Source: Pseudomonadales bacterium
Lineage (GTDB): Bacteria; Pseudomonadota; Gammaproteobacteria; Pseudomonadales; JBFGWM01
Length of the DNA: 41,410 nt
Reading direction: 5' to 3'
NCBI GenBank assembly: GCA_041588495.1
Contig: JBFGWM010000001.1
Location: 1 to 41,410 of the forward strand
The notes beneath the pieces are model-generated. The model saw nothing but the letters and a program-made list of their open reading frames with translations. It made no database searches and was not told where the DNA came from. The translations under genes and the position numbers were made by a program. This document shows, one piece after another, positions 28,902-38,622 of the stretch; the first letter of the stretch is position 1, and each line of letters starts with the position of its first letter.

Positions 28902-29171
28902 ATGGCGCGCATTACCGTCGAAGACTGTCTGGACAACGTCGATAACCGGTTCGAACTGGTCATGCTGGCGACCCGCAGGGCGCGAGCCCTGGTCAATTCG
29001 GCCAAGGAACCGCTGGTCGAACCCGAGAACGACAAACCCACGGTCATCGCCCTGCGTGAAATCGCCACCGGCAAGATCACCCGCGAGATTCTCGACCAGA
29101 TCGAGGCCGAGGACGCCGTCGAGGAACGCCTCGAGGAAGTCCACCAGAGCGACGAGTCCCTGGACCAGTAG
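28902..29171 (+). CDS. rpoZ: DNA-directed RNA polymerase subunit omega
   Basis: [30 protein letters not shown]. Confidence 0.93.
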   Translation: MARITVEDCLDNVDNRFELVMLATRRARALVNSAKEPLVEPENDKPTVIALREIATGKITREILDQIEAEDAVEERLEEVHQSDESLDQ

Positions 29172-29251
29172 AATCCTGCCCCCCGCCCCTCCGGCCTGAT
29201 ACACTGACTATCAGGAAAAGCTGAAATGCGCGCAGGGGCGCACCTACATCT

Positions 29252-31357
29252 GTGCAGACCATTGCCGGGTTCGCTGAACGCCTGAGCGAATACCTGGAGA
29301 AAGACCAGATCAACCGGGTTCGCCGGGCCTATCACTACGCCGAACAGGCCCACGACGGCCAGTTCCGCCGTAGCGGCGAGCCGTACATCACCCACCCGCT
29401 CAACGTGGCCGGAATCCTGGCCGACATGCACATGGACCCGCAGAGCCTGATGGCGGCCATGCTGCACGACGTCATCGAGGACACCGGGGTGTCCAAGGCC
29501 GCCCTCGGCGAACAGTTCGGCCCCGAGGTCGCGGAACTGGTCGACGGCGTCAGCAAGCTGAAGCAGATCAAGTTCGAGTCCCGCGCCGAGGCCCAGGCCG
29601 AGAATTTCCAGAAGATGGCCATGGCCATGGCGCGCGATATCCGGGTGATCCTGGTCAAGCTCGCCGACCGCCTTCATAACATGCGCACGCTGCAGGCCCT
29701 GGAGCCGGAAAAGCGGCGGCGGATCGCCCGCGAAACCCTGGAAATCTACGCGCCCATCGCCCACCGGCTCGGCATGCACAACATGCGGGTCGAGCTCGAG
29801 GACCTCGGGTTTGCCGCCCAGTACCCGATGCGCTCGGCACGCATCCGTGCCGCGGTGCTGCGCGCCCGCGGCCACCGCAAGGAAATTGTCGAAAAGGTGC
29901 GCGAGGCGCTGCTCGGTTGCCTGGAACGCGAGGCCCTCGCCGGACGCATCGTGGGCCGCGAGAAGCACCTGTACAGCATCTACCGGAAGATGCGCGAGAA
30001 GCGCAAGTCGTTCTCCGAGATCATGGATGTCTACGCGTTCCGCATCATCGTCGCCGATGTCGACACCTGTTACCGGGTGCTGGGCGCGGTGCACAACTAC
30101 TACAAACCGGTGCCCGGACGCTTCAAGGACTACATCGCGATTCCCAAGGCCAACGGCTACCAGTCCCTGCACACGAGCCTTCTCGGCATGCACGCGGTGC
30201 CCATCGAGATCCAGATCCGCACCGCAGAAATGGAGGCCATGGCCAACAACGGGATCGCCGCACACTGGCTGTACAAGAGCAACGGGGACACCGAGACCAG
30301 TCACGAACGGGCCCGGGAATGGGTCAAGGGGCTGCTGGAACTGCAGCAACGCGCCGGCAATCCGCTGGAATTCATCGAGAGCGTCAAGACCGACCTGTTC
30401 CCCGACGAGATCTACCTGTTCACGCCCAAGGGCAATATCCTGACCCTGCCGCGGGGCTCCACGCCGGTGGACTTCGCCTACGCGGTGCACACGGATGTCG
30501 GGCACTCCTGCGTGGCCTGCCGCATCGACCGCCGCCTGGCGCCCCTCAGCCAGAAACTGGACAGCGGTCAGACCGTCGAGGTGATCACCGCGCCAGGCGC
30601 CAAGCCGAACCCGGGCTGGCTCAGTTTCGTGGTCACCGGCAAGGCGCGCAGCAACATCCGCCATTTCCTCAAGCACCAGCGCCAGTCAGAGTCGGTGGCC
30701 CTGGGCCGGCGCCTGCTGTCCAAGGCCCTGGCCAGCCTGGAGACGCGCATCGAGGACATCCCGGACAGCCAGTATGCCAAGACCCTCGGCGAACTCGGCC
30801 TCGACAGTATCGACGACCTGCTCGAGGACATCGGCCTCGGCAACCGCATGGCCTACGTGGTGGCGCGCAAGTTGCTCCCCGCGGTGACCGCCACCGGCGA
30901 GACCGGCCAGTCGCCGGTGCTCGCGGTGTCCGGCAACGAGGGCACCGTGATCACCTGCGCGCGCTGTTGTCACCCGATTCCGGGGGACACCATCGTCGGC
31001 CACATCAGCTCCGGTCGCGGCATGGTCATTCACCGTGATGCGTGCAAGAACATCGCCGACATCGTCAATGATCCCGAAAAGTGCGTGCACCTGCACTGGG
31101 ACGAGGAAGTCAGCGGTGAGTTCGGGGTCGAGCTGAAGCTGGAAGCGGAGTTTCATCGCGGTATACTCGCCACGGTCGCGACCTCGGTGACCGAGGCCGA
31201 CGCCAACATCGAGAAAATCAGCGTCGAGGACCGCGACGCGCGCTTCAGCAATGTCTATCTTTCACTGCTGGTTCGCGACCGGGTGCACCTGGCGCGGGTC
31301 ATGAAGGCCCTGCGCCGGATACCCCAGGTCCTGCGCCTCACCCGGCTGCGCAACTGA
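29252..31357 (+). CDS. spoT: Bifunctional (p)ppGpp synthetase/hydrolase SpoT
   Basis: HD hydrolase domain ([22 protein letters not shown]), synthetase domain (YRKMREK, GYQSLHT) and TGS and ACT regions. GTG start. It follows rpoZ. Confidence 0.92.
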   Translation: MQTIAGFAERLSEYLEKDQINRVRRAYHYAEQAHDGQFRRSGEPYITHPLNVAGILADMHMDPQSLMAAMLHDVIEDTGVSKAALGEQFGPEVAELVDGVSKLKQIKFESRAEAQAENFQKMAMAMARDIRVILVKLADRLHNMRTLQALEPEKRRRIARETLEIYAPIAHRLGMHNMRVELEDLGFAAQYPMRSARIRAAVLRARGHRKEIVEKVREALLGCLEREALAGRIVGREKHLYSIYRKMREKRKSFSEIMDVYAFRIIVADVDTCYRVLGAVHNYYKPVPGRFKDYIAIPKANGYQSLHTSLLGMHAVPIEIQIRTAEMEAMANNGIAAHWLYKSNGDTETSHERAREWVKGLLELQQRAGNPLEFIESVKTDLFPDEIYLFTPKGNILTLPRGSTPVDFAYAVHTDVGHSCVACRIDRRLAPLSQKLDSGQTVEVITAPGAKPNPGWLSFVVTGKARSNIRHFLKHQRQSESVALGRRLLSKALASLETRIEDIPDSQYAKTLGELGLDSIDDLLEDIGLGNRMAYVVARKLLPAVTATGETGQSPVLAVSGNEGTVITCARCCHPIPGDTIVGHISSGRGMVIHRDACKNIADIVNDPEKCVHLHWDEEVSGEFGVELKLEAEFHRGILATVATSVTEADANIEKISVEDRDARFSNVYLSLLVRDRVHLARVMKALRRIPQVLRLTRLRN

Positions 31358-31391
31358 GGCGGCCGGCTGTCCAACTCCGGGAGGGATACCG

Positions 31392-31793
31392 ATGAGCAAG
31401 AAGGAAATCATTTCAACCCCCGACGCGCCGGCCGCCATCGGAACCTATTCCCAGGCGGTGCGCGTCGGCAGCCAGGTGTTCCTGTCGGGACAGATTCCGC
31501 TGGACCCGCAGACCATGGAAGTTGTCGGCGGCGACATGCGGGCACAGATCACGCGGGTTTTCGACAACCTGTCGGCAGTGGCCGCGGCGGCGGGGGGCAG
31601 CCTGGCGGATATCGTCAAGCTCAACGTGTTTCTCACCGACCTCGCGCACTTCCCCCTGGTCAACGAGGTGATGAGCACGTACTTCGCGGAACCCTACCCG
31701 GCGCGCGCGGCCATCGGCGTCGCGGCATTGCCCAAGGGGGTCGGCGTCGAGATGGACGCGGTAATGATCCTCGGCGAGGGCTACTCGTTCTGA
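31392..31793 (+). CDS. ridA: RidA/YjgF-family enamine/imine deaminase
   Basis: [12 protein letters not shown]...GQIPLDP...ITRVFDNL...VKLNVFLTD...[20 protein letters not shown]. Confidence 0.88.
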   Translation: MSKKEIISTPDAPAAIGTYSQAVRVGSQVFLSGQIPLDPQTMEVVGGDMRAQITRVFDNLSAVAAAAGGSLADIVKLNVFLTDLAHFPLVNEVMSTYFAEPYPARAAIGVAALPKGVGVEMDAVMILGEGYSF

Positions 31794-31799
31794 CCGCGG

Positions 31800-32651
31800 C
31801 TAACCGGCCTGCGCATCGATCATGGCCGCGTATCCGGCACGATAGTCGGGGTAACGAAACCGGTAACCGCTGGCCAGCAGACCCGCGTTCGAACAGCGCT
31901 TTCCGCGTTGCGGCGCGCCGGCCGGAGGTTCCTGGCCCGGCGGCATGCCCAGGCGCTCCCGTAACCAGTTGATCACCTCGTGGCGGGGCGCGGGACAAGC
32001 GTCGGTGGCCACATAGACCGGCTTCAGCGCCGTTCCGCCAAGTGCTTTGCGGCCGAGGAAGCCCAGCGCGCCGATACAGTCTTCGCGATGGATGCGGTTG
32101 GTGTATTGAACATGATCAACCGACGCCTCCAGCCCGGCGCGGACCCGGTCCAGAAAACTGCCGCGACCCGGCCCGTAAATGCCGCCGAAGCGTATGGCGC
32201 TGGACGCGCTGCAGTTCGCGGCCAGCAACGCCTCGGCCTCACAGAGGATCCGCCCCCGGAAATGCGCCGGGGCGGTCGGACTGCCCTCATCGACCCAACT
32301 GCCGTCGTCCTGGTGATAGACGCCAGTGCTGGAAACCAGGATGACCGCTTGCGCCGCCATCCCACGCCCCCGTGACAGCAGGTTTTCGAGCCCGCTAACA
32401 TAGGCGGCACGGTACGCGTCCTCCGTACCCCCCGCCGGGCTGAGGCAATGCACGATGAGATCACCCCCGGGAATGGAATCCGCGCAGGCCGGGTCGGAGA
32501 GGTCCAGGCGCAGCCCGCGGACACCTTCCGGAAAAGCTGCGCCGCCGCGCCGGATCGCGGTCACCGCGCACCCGGCGTCCCGGAACAACGTCGCAACTGC
32601 GGCACCCAGGTCACCGCACCCGGCAATCAGCACGTTCGCTTGTTCGGGCAC
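31800..32651 (-). CDS. NAD(P)-binding Rossmann-fold protein, extended SDR / epimerase-like
   Basis: VLIAGCGDLGAAVA (GxGxxG near the N-terminus), VSSTGVYHQDDGSWVDE and RFGGIYGPGR. The start is set at the GTG at 32651 so the Rossmann motif is N-terminal. The track ATG at 32711 would overlap recG and is less likely. Confidence 0.7.
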   Translation of the reverse strand: MPEQANVLIAGCGDLGAAVATLFRDAGCAVTAIRRGGAAFPEGVRGLRLDLSDPACADSIPGGDLIVHCLSPAGGTEDAYRAAYVSGLENLLSRGRGMAAQAVILVSSTGVYHQDDGSWVDEGSPTAPAHFRGRILCEAEALLAANCSASSAIRFGGIYGPGRGSFLDRVRAGLEASVDHVQYTNRIHREDCIGALGFLGRKALGGTALKPVYVATDACPAPRHEVINWLRERLGMPPGQEPPAGAPQRGKRCSNAGLLASGYRFRYPDYRAGYAAMIDAQAG

Positions 32652-32701
32652 ATCGTCTTTCCGCGAGGGATTTGGGTCATGATGCCGTGGAATCCTCCCC
32701 G

Positions 32702-34798
32702 ATGACAGCACCCCCGGCCGACTTGCACGTCACCCCGGGCGCCCCGGTGACGGTGCTGCCCGGAGTGGGGCCCGCCCTGGCCGAGCGCCTGCAGCGCATC
32801 GGCATCACCACCCTCGGCGACCTTGCCCTGCACCTCCCCCTGCGCTACCAGGATCGCACCCGGATCACCCCGCTCGCCGCGCTGGTTCCGGGGGGGGAGT
32901 GTCTCGTGCAGGGTCGCATCGAGGACACCCGGGTGACTTTCGGACGCCGCCGCAGCCTGCAGTGCACCATCGCCGACGCCAGCGGCCGCGCCACCCTGCG
33001 TTTCTACCATTTCAGTGCCGCGCAACAGCGGCGCCTGCAGAACGGAACCTGGTTGCGCGTGTTCGGGGAGCCACGGCGGGGCGCAACCGGGTGCGAGTTC
33101 TACCATCCGGAGTACAGCTTTGCCGGGGACGAAGACACCCCACTTGAGGCCACCCTGACGCCGGTATACGGCATCACCGAGGGCCTCGGCCAGGCGCGCA
33201 TTCGCACGCTGGTCGCCGCGGCCTGTGAGCGCCTCGCCAGTGATCCCAGACTGGAACTATTACCGGAAACCCTGCGCCGACGCTTTGCGCTACCGCCCCT
33301 GGGGAACGCGCTACGCGAGGTGCATGCACCGTCGGGGGAACAGGCTGCGCGGGAACTGGCGGCCGGACGGCACCCGGCGTTGCAGCGGCTGGCCCTGGAG
33401 GAACTGCTCGCCCACCAGCTTGGCGTGCGCCGGCGCCGCGCCACCGTCGAGTCGCGAAACGCCCCGCATATCGTCGCGGATCCGGCGCAGCTGGAGCGTT
33501 TCCTGGCGGGCCTGCCCTTCCGCCTGACCGGTGATCAGCGCGCCGCGCTGGACGCGGTCCTCGCGGACCTCGCGGCGGGATCGCCGATGATGCGGCTGGT
33601 GCAGGGCGACGTCGGGTCCGGCAAGACCGTGGTGGCGGCGGCAGCGATGTTCCTCGCGGCACATTGCGGCCGGCAGGCGGCCCTGATGGCGCCCACGGAG
33701 ATTCTTGCCGAGCAGCACCACCGCAATCTCACCGGCTGGATGAAACCTCTCGGTGTGGAAGTCGGCCTGCTCACCGGCAAGACGCCGGCAGCGGAGCGCG
33801 ACGCCCTGCGCGCCCGACTGGGTGACGGTTCGCTGAGCGTGGTCACCGGCACCCATGCGCTGTTCCAGGACGGCGTGAAATTCGCCGGGCTCGGCCTCGC
33901 GGTTATCGACGAGCAACACCGTTTCGGGGTTGCCCAGCGCCTCGCCCTGAGCCGCAACAGCGCCGCAGATGATTGCTGGCCGCACCAGCTGATCATGACC
34001 GCCACCCCCATCCCGCGCACGCTGACCATGAGCGTCTACGCGGACCTCGACTATTCGTGCATCCGCGAACTGCCTCCCGGCCGCAAGCCGGTGACCACCG
34101 TTGCGGTCAGTGACGCGCGCCGCGACGAGGTCATCGGACGGATCCGCGCCGCCTGTGGTAACGGACGCCAGGCCTACTGGGTCTGCACGCTGATCGAGGA
34201 ATCCGAGGACTTGGAATGCCAGGCCGCCGAAAACACCGCGGCGGAGCTGGAGACCCTGCTTGATGGCATCCGCGTGGGCCTGGTGCACGGCCGCATGAAA
34301 AGCGCCGAGAAGGCCGCGCGCATGGCGGCGTTCCAGGCGGGCGGGATCGACCTGCTGGTGGCGACCACGGTGATCGAGGTGGGCGTGGATGTACCCAACG
34401 CGAGCCTGATGATCATCGAGAACGCCGAACGACTGGGGCTGTCCCAACTGCACCAGCTTCGCGGCCGCGTCGGACGCGGCTCGGAGGACAGCTACTGCGT
34501 GCTGATGTATCACCCACCATTGAGCGGAGCGGCGCGGCGGCGTATCGACGTCCTGCGCGAGACGGGGGACGGCTTCCGCATCGCCGAGGAGGATCTCAGG
34601 CTGCGCGGCCCGGGCGAGTTGCTCGGCACCCGCCAGACCGGCCTGACCCGGTTTCGCATCGCCGACATCGTGCGCGATGCCCACCTGCTGGGTGCGGCGC
34701 GCGAACTCGCGGAGGAGGTATGGACGCGGCACCCGGAGCACGTCGGACCGCTGATCCGCCGCTGGCTGCCGGAGAACGGGGCCTACGCCGACGCCTGA
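32702..34798 (+). CDS. recG: ATP-dependent DNA helicase RecG
   Basis: Wedge domain, then LTGDQRAALDAV, MRLVQGDVGSGKTVVA (Walker A), VIDEQHRFGV (DEQH box) and QLHQLRGRVGRG. Confidence 0.92.
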   Translation: MTAPPADLHVTPGAPVTVLPGVGPALAERLQRIGITTLGDLALHLPLRYQDRTRITPLAALVPGGECLVQGRIEDTRVTFGRRRSLQCTIADASGRATLRFYHFSAAQQRRLQNGTWLRVFGEPRRGATGCEFYHPEYSFAGDEDTPLEATLTPVYGITEGLGQARIRTLVAAACERLASDPRLELLPETLRRRFALPPLGNALREVHAPSGEQAARELAAGRHPALQRLALEELLAHQLGVRRRRATVESRNAPHIVADPAQLERFLAGLPFRLTGDQRAALDAVLADLAAGSPMMRLVQGDVGSGKTVVAAAAMFLAAHCGRQAALMAPTEILAEQHHRNLTGWMKPLGVEVGLLTGKTPAAERDALRARLGDGSLSVVTGTHALFQDGVKFAGLGLAVIDEQHRFGVAQRLALSRNSAADDCWPHQLIMTATPIPRTLTMSVYADLDYSCIRELPPGRKPVTTVAVSDARRDEVIGRIRAACGNGRQAYWVCTLIEESEDLECQAAENTAAELETLLDGIRVGLVHGRMKSAEKAARMAAFQAGGIDLLVATTVIEVGVDVPNASLMIIENAERLGLSQLHQLRGRVGRGSEDSYCVLMYHPPLSGAARRRIDVLRETGDGFRIAEEDLRLRGPGELLGTRQTGLTRFRIADIVRDAHLLGAARELAEEVWTRHPEHVGPLIRRWLPENGAYADA

Positions 34799-34804
34799 TG
34801 GCCT

Positions 34805-35980
34805 TCAGGCCGGGAGCAGGTCCGGCACTTCCTTGACCAGGGCAAACTTGTCCTTGACCCATTCGCCGGTCAGAACGAACCCGCGCAGTATCCCGGCCGG
34901 ATCACGAAACAGGGCACGCACGTCGCTGCGCGACGACTCGATCATCCATTCGCCATCCACGTCCGCCGGGGGCGGCAGGGCGACAACCGGGCACAGGGGC
35001 GTCTTCACCGTCACCGGCATTGGCGGGTAATGAACCGGGGTCGGGGTCCCGGCAAGGGTCTTGCCGAGGGCCCGGGCACCGGCCATCAATGGCAGGACAT
35101 ATTGCAGTGAGTGACCGCACACTTCCGCGCAATCCCCCAGTGCATATACGTCAGGTGCACTGGCCGCGAGCGTCTGATCAACGATGATTCCGCGTCCCAC
35201 CGTGAGCCCGGCGGCCGCGGCCAGGTCGATCCGCGGACGCAGGCCGATGGCGGACACCACCACGTCGGCCTCCCGCGCGCTGCCATCGGAAAGCAGGACC
35301 CGCAGCGGTCCGTCCGGGCCGTCGGCCTGCTCCACCGCCACCACCGCGGGGCCGAGGTCGATCTTCACGCCCGCGGCCTCAAGTTCTCCACGCAGGGCCT
35401 TGCCTGCCGCCTCCGGGACCAGCAACTGGAGCAGGTGATTGTCGGGCGCAGCCAGTTCTACCTCGAAACCGGCATGCACGAGGTCGCTGGCGAACTCGCA
35501 GCCGATCAGGCCGGCACCCATGATGAACACCCGCCGGCGGCCGTCGAGCTGCGCCCGGAAGCGACCATAGTCGGTGAGATCATTGACCGACACCACGCGG
35601 TCTGCGGCGTCGCCCTGCAGGGGCGCGCGCAGCACCCGCGCCCCCCAGGCGATCACCAGCTTCGAGTAGGTTACCGGCTCGTCATCGATGAACACCCGGT
35701 GCGCGGCGGGATCCAGGGCGGTGACCCGGGTATGGGTGCGTACCGTTGCCGCAAGCTGCTCGGCCATCCTGCCCGGGGTGGCCATGGCCAGCGTGGTGGC
35801 GTCCTTGTGTTTCTGGAACGCGGCGCTCAGCATCGGCTTGGAGTAGGAGCGACCGTCGTCAGCGGTCAGCAGGCAGACCGGCGTTTCAGCGTCGTGTTTG
35901 CGGAATTCGCGCACCAGGTTGTAACCGGCGAGACCGGTGCCGATGACCAGTACGGGGTCGTTGTGTTGCGGGGCGGGCAT
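34805..35980 (-). CDS. Rubredoxin-NAD(+) reductase-type FAD-dependent pyridine nucleotide-disulfide oxidoreductase
   Basis: VLVIGTGLAGY (FAD GxGxxG), VFIMGAGLIGCEFA (NAD GxGxxG) and YALGDCAE. It lies immediately downstream of and co-oriented with a rubredoxin gene. Confidence 0.8.
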   Translation of the reverse strand: MPAPQHNDPVLVIGTGLAGYNLVREFRKHDAETPVCLLTADDGRSYSKPMLSAAFQKHKDATTLAMATPGRMAEQLAATVRTHTRVTALDPAAHRVFIDDEPVTYSKLVIAWGARVLRAPLQGDAADRVVSVNDLTDYGRFRAQLDGRRRVFIMGAGLIGCEFASDLVHAGFEVELAAPDNHLLQLLVPEAAGKALRGELEAAGVKIDLGPAVVAVEQADGPDGPLRVLLSDGSAREADVVVSAIGLRPRIDLAAAAGLTVGRGIIVDQTLAASAPDVYALGDCAEVCGHSLQYVLPLMAGARALGKTLAGTPTPVHYPPMPVTVKTPLCPVVALPPPADVDGEWMIESSRSDVRALFRDPAGILRGFVLTGEWVKDKFALVKEVPDLLPA

Positions 35981-36005
35981 GCTGGTCTGGAAATCCGCGC
36001 CGGGC

Positions 36006-36182
36006 TCAGCCGACCTGGATCATTTCGAAGTCTTCCTTTCCGACACCGCAGTCCGGACAGACCCAGTCATTGGGAATCGCGTCCCACGCCGTACCCGGAG
36101 CGATGCCTTCCTCGGGCAGGCCCTCGGCTTCATCATAGATGAAGCCGCACACGATACATTGCCACTTGCGGGAACCACTCAT
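36006..36182 (-). CDS. rubA: Rubredoxin
   Basis: Manual translation gives MSGSRKWQCIVCGFIYDEAEGLPEEGIAPGTAWDAIPNDWVCPDCGVGKEDFEMIQVG (58 aa), with the two CxxCG knuckles. It is below the ORF-track cutoff. Confidence 0.88.
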   Translation of the reverse strand: MSGSRKWQCIVCGFIYDEAEGLPEEGIAPGTAWDAIPNDWVCPDCGVGKEDFEMIQVG

Positions 36183-36349
36183 GCCGCTGCGCCTTGGCCG
36201 GGAATGCCCGGTGGGTGTCTACAGGGGCGCTCACTTTATAGGCCGGACCCGCCAAGATCAAGCCCACGCGAGGCCCGGTGACCTTGCACGACGGCCCTGA
36301 ATCACGCATCCTCGGTCGCGCATTTCTCGCCTCCGGAAACCGCAACCGC

Positions 36350-36904
36350 ATGTCCGCCGAATCCACATGGGACCGCGTCAGATGGCTGCCCCGAACCCGC
36401 GTCACGGCCGCGACCGTGCGCGGACCGCTACGCGACTGGCTGTGTGACCCGGGTTCGCTGACCCGGCGCCTGCAACGGGCCAGCGGAGGCGATTTCCGGG
36501 TTCGCGTGCTGCGCCAGGTATGGGCGCGTCCCGGACCCGCCGAGGCGCTATTGCTGGGAATGGATCCGCGGGAACTGTGCCTGGTCCGCGAGGTGACACT
36601 GGTGTGCCGCGGGGAGCCCTGGGTGTACGCGCGAAGCCTGCTGCCCGAGAAATCACTGCGCGGCCCGCTGCGCTTCCTGCGCCGTCTCGATGCCCGCCCC
36701 CTGGGCGCCCTGTTGTTCCGCGACCCGACCATGCGGCGTGGCGCGCAGCAGTTTGCACGCGTACCAACGGCGGCAATCCCGGTAGCCGACGTCGAGGCGC
36801 CGGCGTGGGGTAGACGGTGCACTTTTTACCTGCGCGGCCGGCCGCTGCTTGTCGCCGAGGTGTTCCTGCCGGCGATGGCTGCCGTGAGCGCCGGGCCGGG
36901 GTAG
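36350..36904 (+). CDS. ubiC: Chorismate pyruvate-lyase
   Basis: [35 protein letters not shown] and RPLGALLF are UbiC-like. It lies directly upstream of ubiA. The start is uncertain: ATG at 36350 or the track start at 36278. Confidence 0.8.
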   Translation: MSAESTWDRVRWLPRTRVTAATVRGPLRDWLCDPGSLTRRLQRASGGDFRVRVLRQVWARPGPAEALLLGMDPRELCLVREVTLVCRGEPWVYARSLLPEKSLRGPLRFLRRLDARPLGALLFRDPTMRRGAQQFARVPTAAIPVADVEAPAWGRRCTFYLRGRPLLVAEVFLPAMAAVSAGPG

Positions 36905-36959
36905 AATCCGGGTTCATCGTCACCGGAAGCCACGAATCGTGAATAGCCAGAGCGGGCTC

Positions 36960-37826
36960 ATGGAACCACGCACCTCCAGATTCGTCGAGTACCTGCGCCT
37001 GATGCGGTTGGACCGCCCGATCGGAATCTTCCTCCTCCTGTGGCCGACGCTCTGGGGCCTGTGGGTGGCGGCCGAGGGCGTTCCGGACCCGGATGTCCTC
37101 GCCATCTTCGTGCTGGGTGTGATCCTGATGCGCTCCGCGGGCTGCGTGATCAACGACTTCGCGGACCGCAACCTCGACGGGCACGTCGAGCGTACCCGGG
37201 AACGTCCGCTCGCGACGGGACGCGTGCGCCCCGGCGAGGCCCTGGGCCTGTTCGCCGTACTCTGCGCCAGCGCCTTCGTGCTGGTGCTGTTCACCAACCT
37301 CTATACCATCCTGCTGTCCCTCGGCGCCGTGGGCCTGGCGGTCATCTATCCCTTCATGAAGCGCTATACCTACCTGCCGCAGGTGGTGCTGGGCGCGGCC
37401 TTCGCGTGGGCGATCCCCATGGGCTTCGCGGCCCAGACGGGTTCGGTAGCGCCCATCGCGTGGCTCATCTACACCGCGACGGTGGTGTGGACAGTCGCCT
37501 ATGACACCATGTACGCGATGGTCGACCGCGACGACGACCTGCGCGTGGGCATCCGCTCCACCGCCATCCTGTTCGGCGACGCGGACCGCATCATGGTGGC
37601 CCTCCTGCAGGCCACCACCCTGTTCTGCCTGGTGCTGGTCGGCGGACGCCTCGGGCTGTCGCAGCCCTATTACATGAGCCTGTGGGTCGCCGGCGGATTC
37701 TTCCTGTACCAGCAGTGGCTGATCCGCCGCCGCCGCCGGGACGGCTGCTTCCAAGCCTTCCTCAACAACAACTGGGTCGGCCTCACCGTTTTCCTCGGCC
37801 TTTTCCTGCACTATCTTGAAGTTTGA
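36960..37826 (+). CDS. ubiA: 4-hydroxybenzoate polyprenyltransferase
   Basis: [24 protein letters not shown], the first Asp-rich motif NDFADRNLD, and [13 protein letters not shown]. The ATG at 36960 gives an N-terminus of E. coli-like length. The GTG at 36939 is an alternative start. Confidence 0.9.
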   Translation: MEPRTSRFVEYLRLMRLDRPIGIFLLLWPTLWGLWVAAEGVPDPDVLAIFVLGVILMRSAGCVINDFADRNLDGHVERTRERPLATGRVRPGEALGLFAVLCASAFVLVLFTNLYTILLSLGAVGLAVIYPFMKRYTYLPQVVLGAAFAWAIPMGFAAQTGSVAPIAWLIYTATVVWTVAYDTMYAMVDRDDDLRVGIRSTAILFGDADRIMVALLQATTLFCLVLVGGRLGLSQPYYMSLWVAGGFFLYQQWLIRRRRRDGCFQAFLNNNWVGLTVFLGLFLHYLEV

Positions 37827-37846
37827 ACCTTCCTCGATGCGGGTGT

Positions 37847-37863
37847 GGTCACGCCCCGGTAAC
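37847..37863 (+). promoter_or_regulatory. Pho-box-like direct repeat upstream of phoB
   Basis: GGTCAC (37847-37852) and GGTAAC (37858-37863) are direct repeats exactly 11 bp apart, about 55 nt upstream of the phoB ATG. The match to the E. coli CTGTCAT half-site is only partial. Confidence 0.3.
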
Positions 37864-37914
37864 ACGAATGTGCGTTGATATCGGGTTGGCAGGAGCACCG
37901 GAGGCACCCGACGG

Positions 37915-38616
37915 ATGGCTGTACAGGAAAAAACGATTCTCGTCGTCGATGACGAGGAGCCGATACGCAGGATGGTTTGCATGGCCCTGGACCTGGCAGG
38001 CTACCGCTGCGTGGAAGCCGCGGACGCCGACGCCGCCTACCGGACCATTCACGATGCACGTCCCGACCTGGTGCTGCTGGACTGGATGATGCCCAATGTC
38101 AGCGGGGTGGAACTGGCCCGACGCCTGCGCCGCGAGGAACTGACCCGCGACCTGCCACTGATCATGCTCACCGCGCGGGTGGAAGAGGGTGACCGCATAC
38201 ACGGCCTCGATGCCGGTGCCGACGACTACGTGACCAAGCCCTTCTCGCCGCGTGAGCTGATGGCGCGGATTCGCGCGGTCCTGCGCCGCAGCACACCACC
38301 GGGGGTCGACGAGGCGATCGACATCGAGGGCCTCGTCGTGGATCCCGTCTCCCACCGGGTGGCCGCGGGTGGCAACGAGCTGCAGCTGGGACCCACGGAG
38401 TTCCGCCTGCTGCAGTTCCTGATCTCACACCCGGAGCGGGCCTACACCCGTGCCCAGCTGCTGGACCATGTCTGGAGCAACGTGTATGTCGAGGAGCGCA
38501 CCGTGGACGTTCACGTGCGGCGTCTTCGCAAGGCACTGGAACCGACCGGACACGACCGCCTGATCCAGACCGTGCGCGGGACCGGCTACCGCTTTTCAAC
38601 GCAGCGGGGCAACTGA
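37915..38616 (+). CDS. phoB: Phosphate regulon response regulator PhoB
   Basis: The receiver domain carries ILVVDDE...[10 protein letters not shown]...MLTAR...[15 protein letters not shown]. The OmpR-type winged helix carries [12 protein letters not shown]...[14 protein letters not shown]...[11 protein letters not shown]. It is adjacent to phoR. Confidence 0.92.
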   Translation: MAVQEKTILVVDDEEPIRRMVCMALDLAGYRCVEAADADAAYRTIHDARPDLVLLDWMMPNVSGVELARRLRREELTRDLPLIMLTARVEEGDRIHGLDAGADDYVTKPFSPRELMARIRAVLRRSTPPGVDEAIDIEGLVVDPVSHRVAAGGNELQLGPTEFRLLQFLISHPERAYTRAQLLDHVWSNVYVEERTVDVHVRRLRKALEPTGHDRLIQTVRGTGYRFSTQRGN

Positions 38617-38622
38617 ACGCAG

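Noticed and set aside
27192-29204. 670-aa minus-strand ORF
   Set aside because: It runs antisense across yicC, gmk and rpoZ and their intergenic spacers. It has no recognisable motifs and is a GC-skew artefact.
28841-30676. 611-aa minus-strand ORF
   Set aside because: It is antisense to rpoZ and the HD/synthetase domains of spoT. No motifs are present, and the composition is Ala/Gly/Arg/Val/Leu/Asp-rich and low in complexity.
33311-34741. 476-aa minus-strand ORF opposite recG
   Set aside because: It is antisense to the RecG helicase core (Walker A, DEQH, motif VI) and is an artefact.
36402-37982. 526-aa minus-strand ORF, and the 229-aa ORF at 36133..36822
   Set aside because: The 526-aa ORF spans ubiC, ubiA and the phoB 5' end in antisense. 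The 229-aa ORF lies on the same strand as rubredoxin but in another frame; it overlaps the 5' end of the real rubredoxin gene and runs through the divergent promoter region into ubiC in antisense. Both are Arg/Pro/Ser-rich off-frame products.
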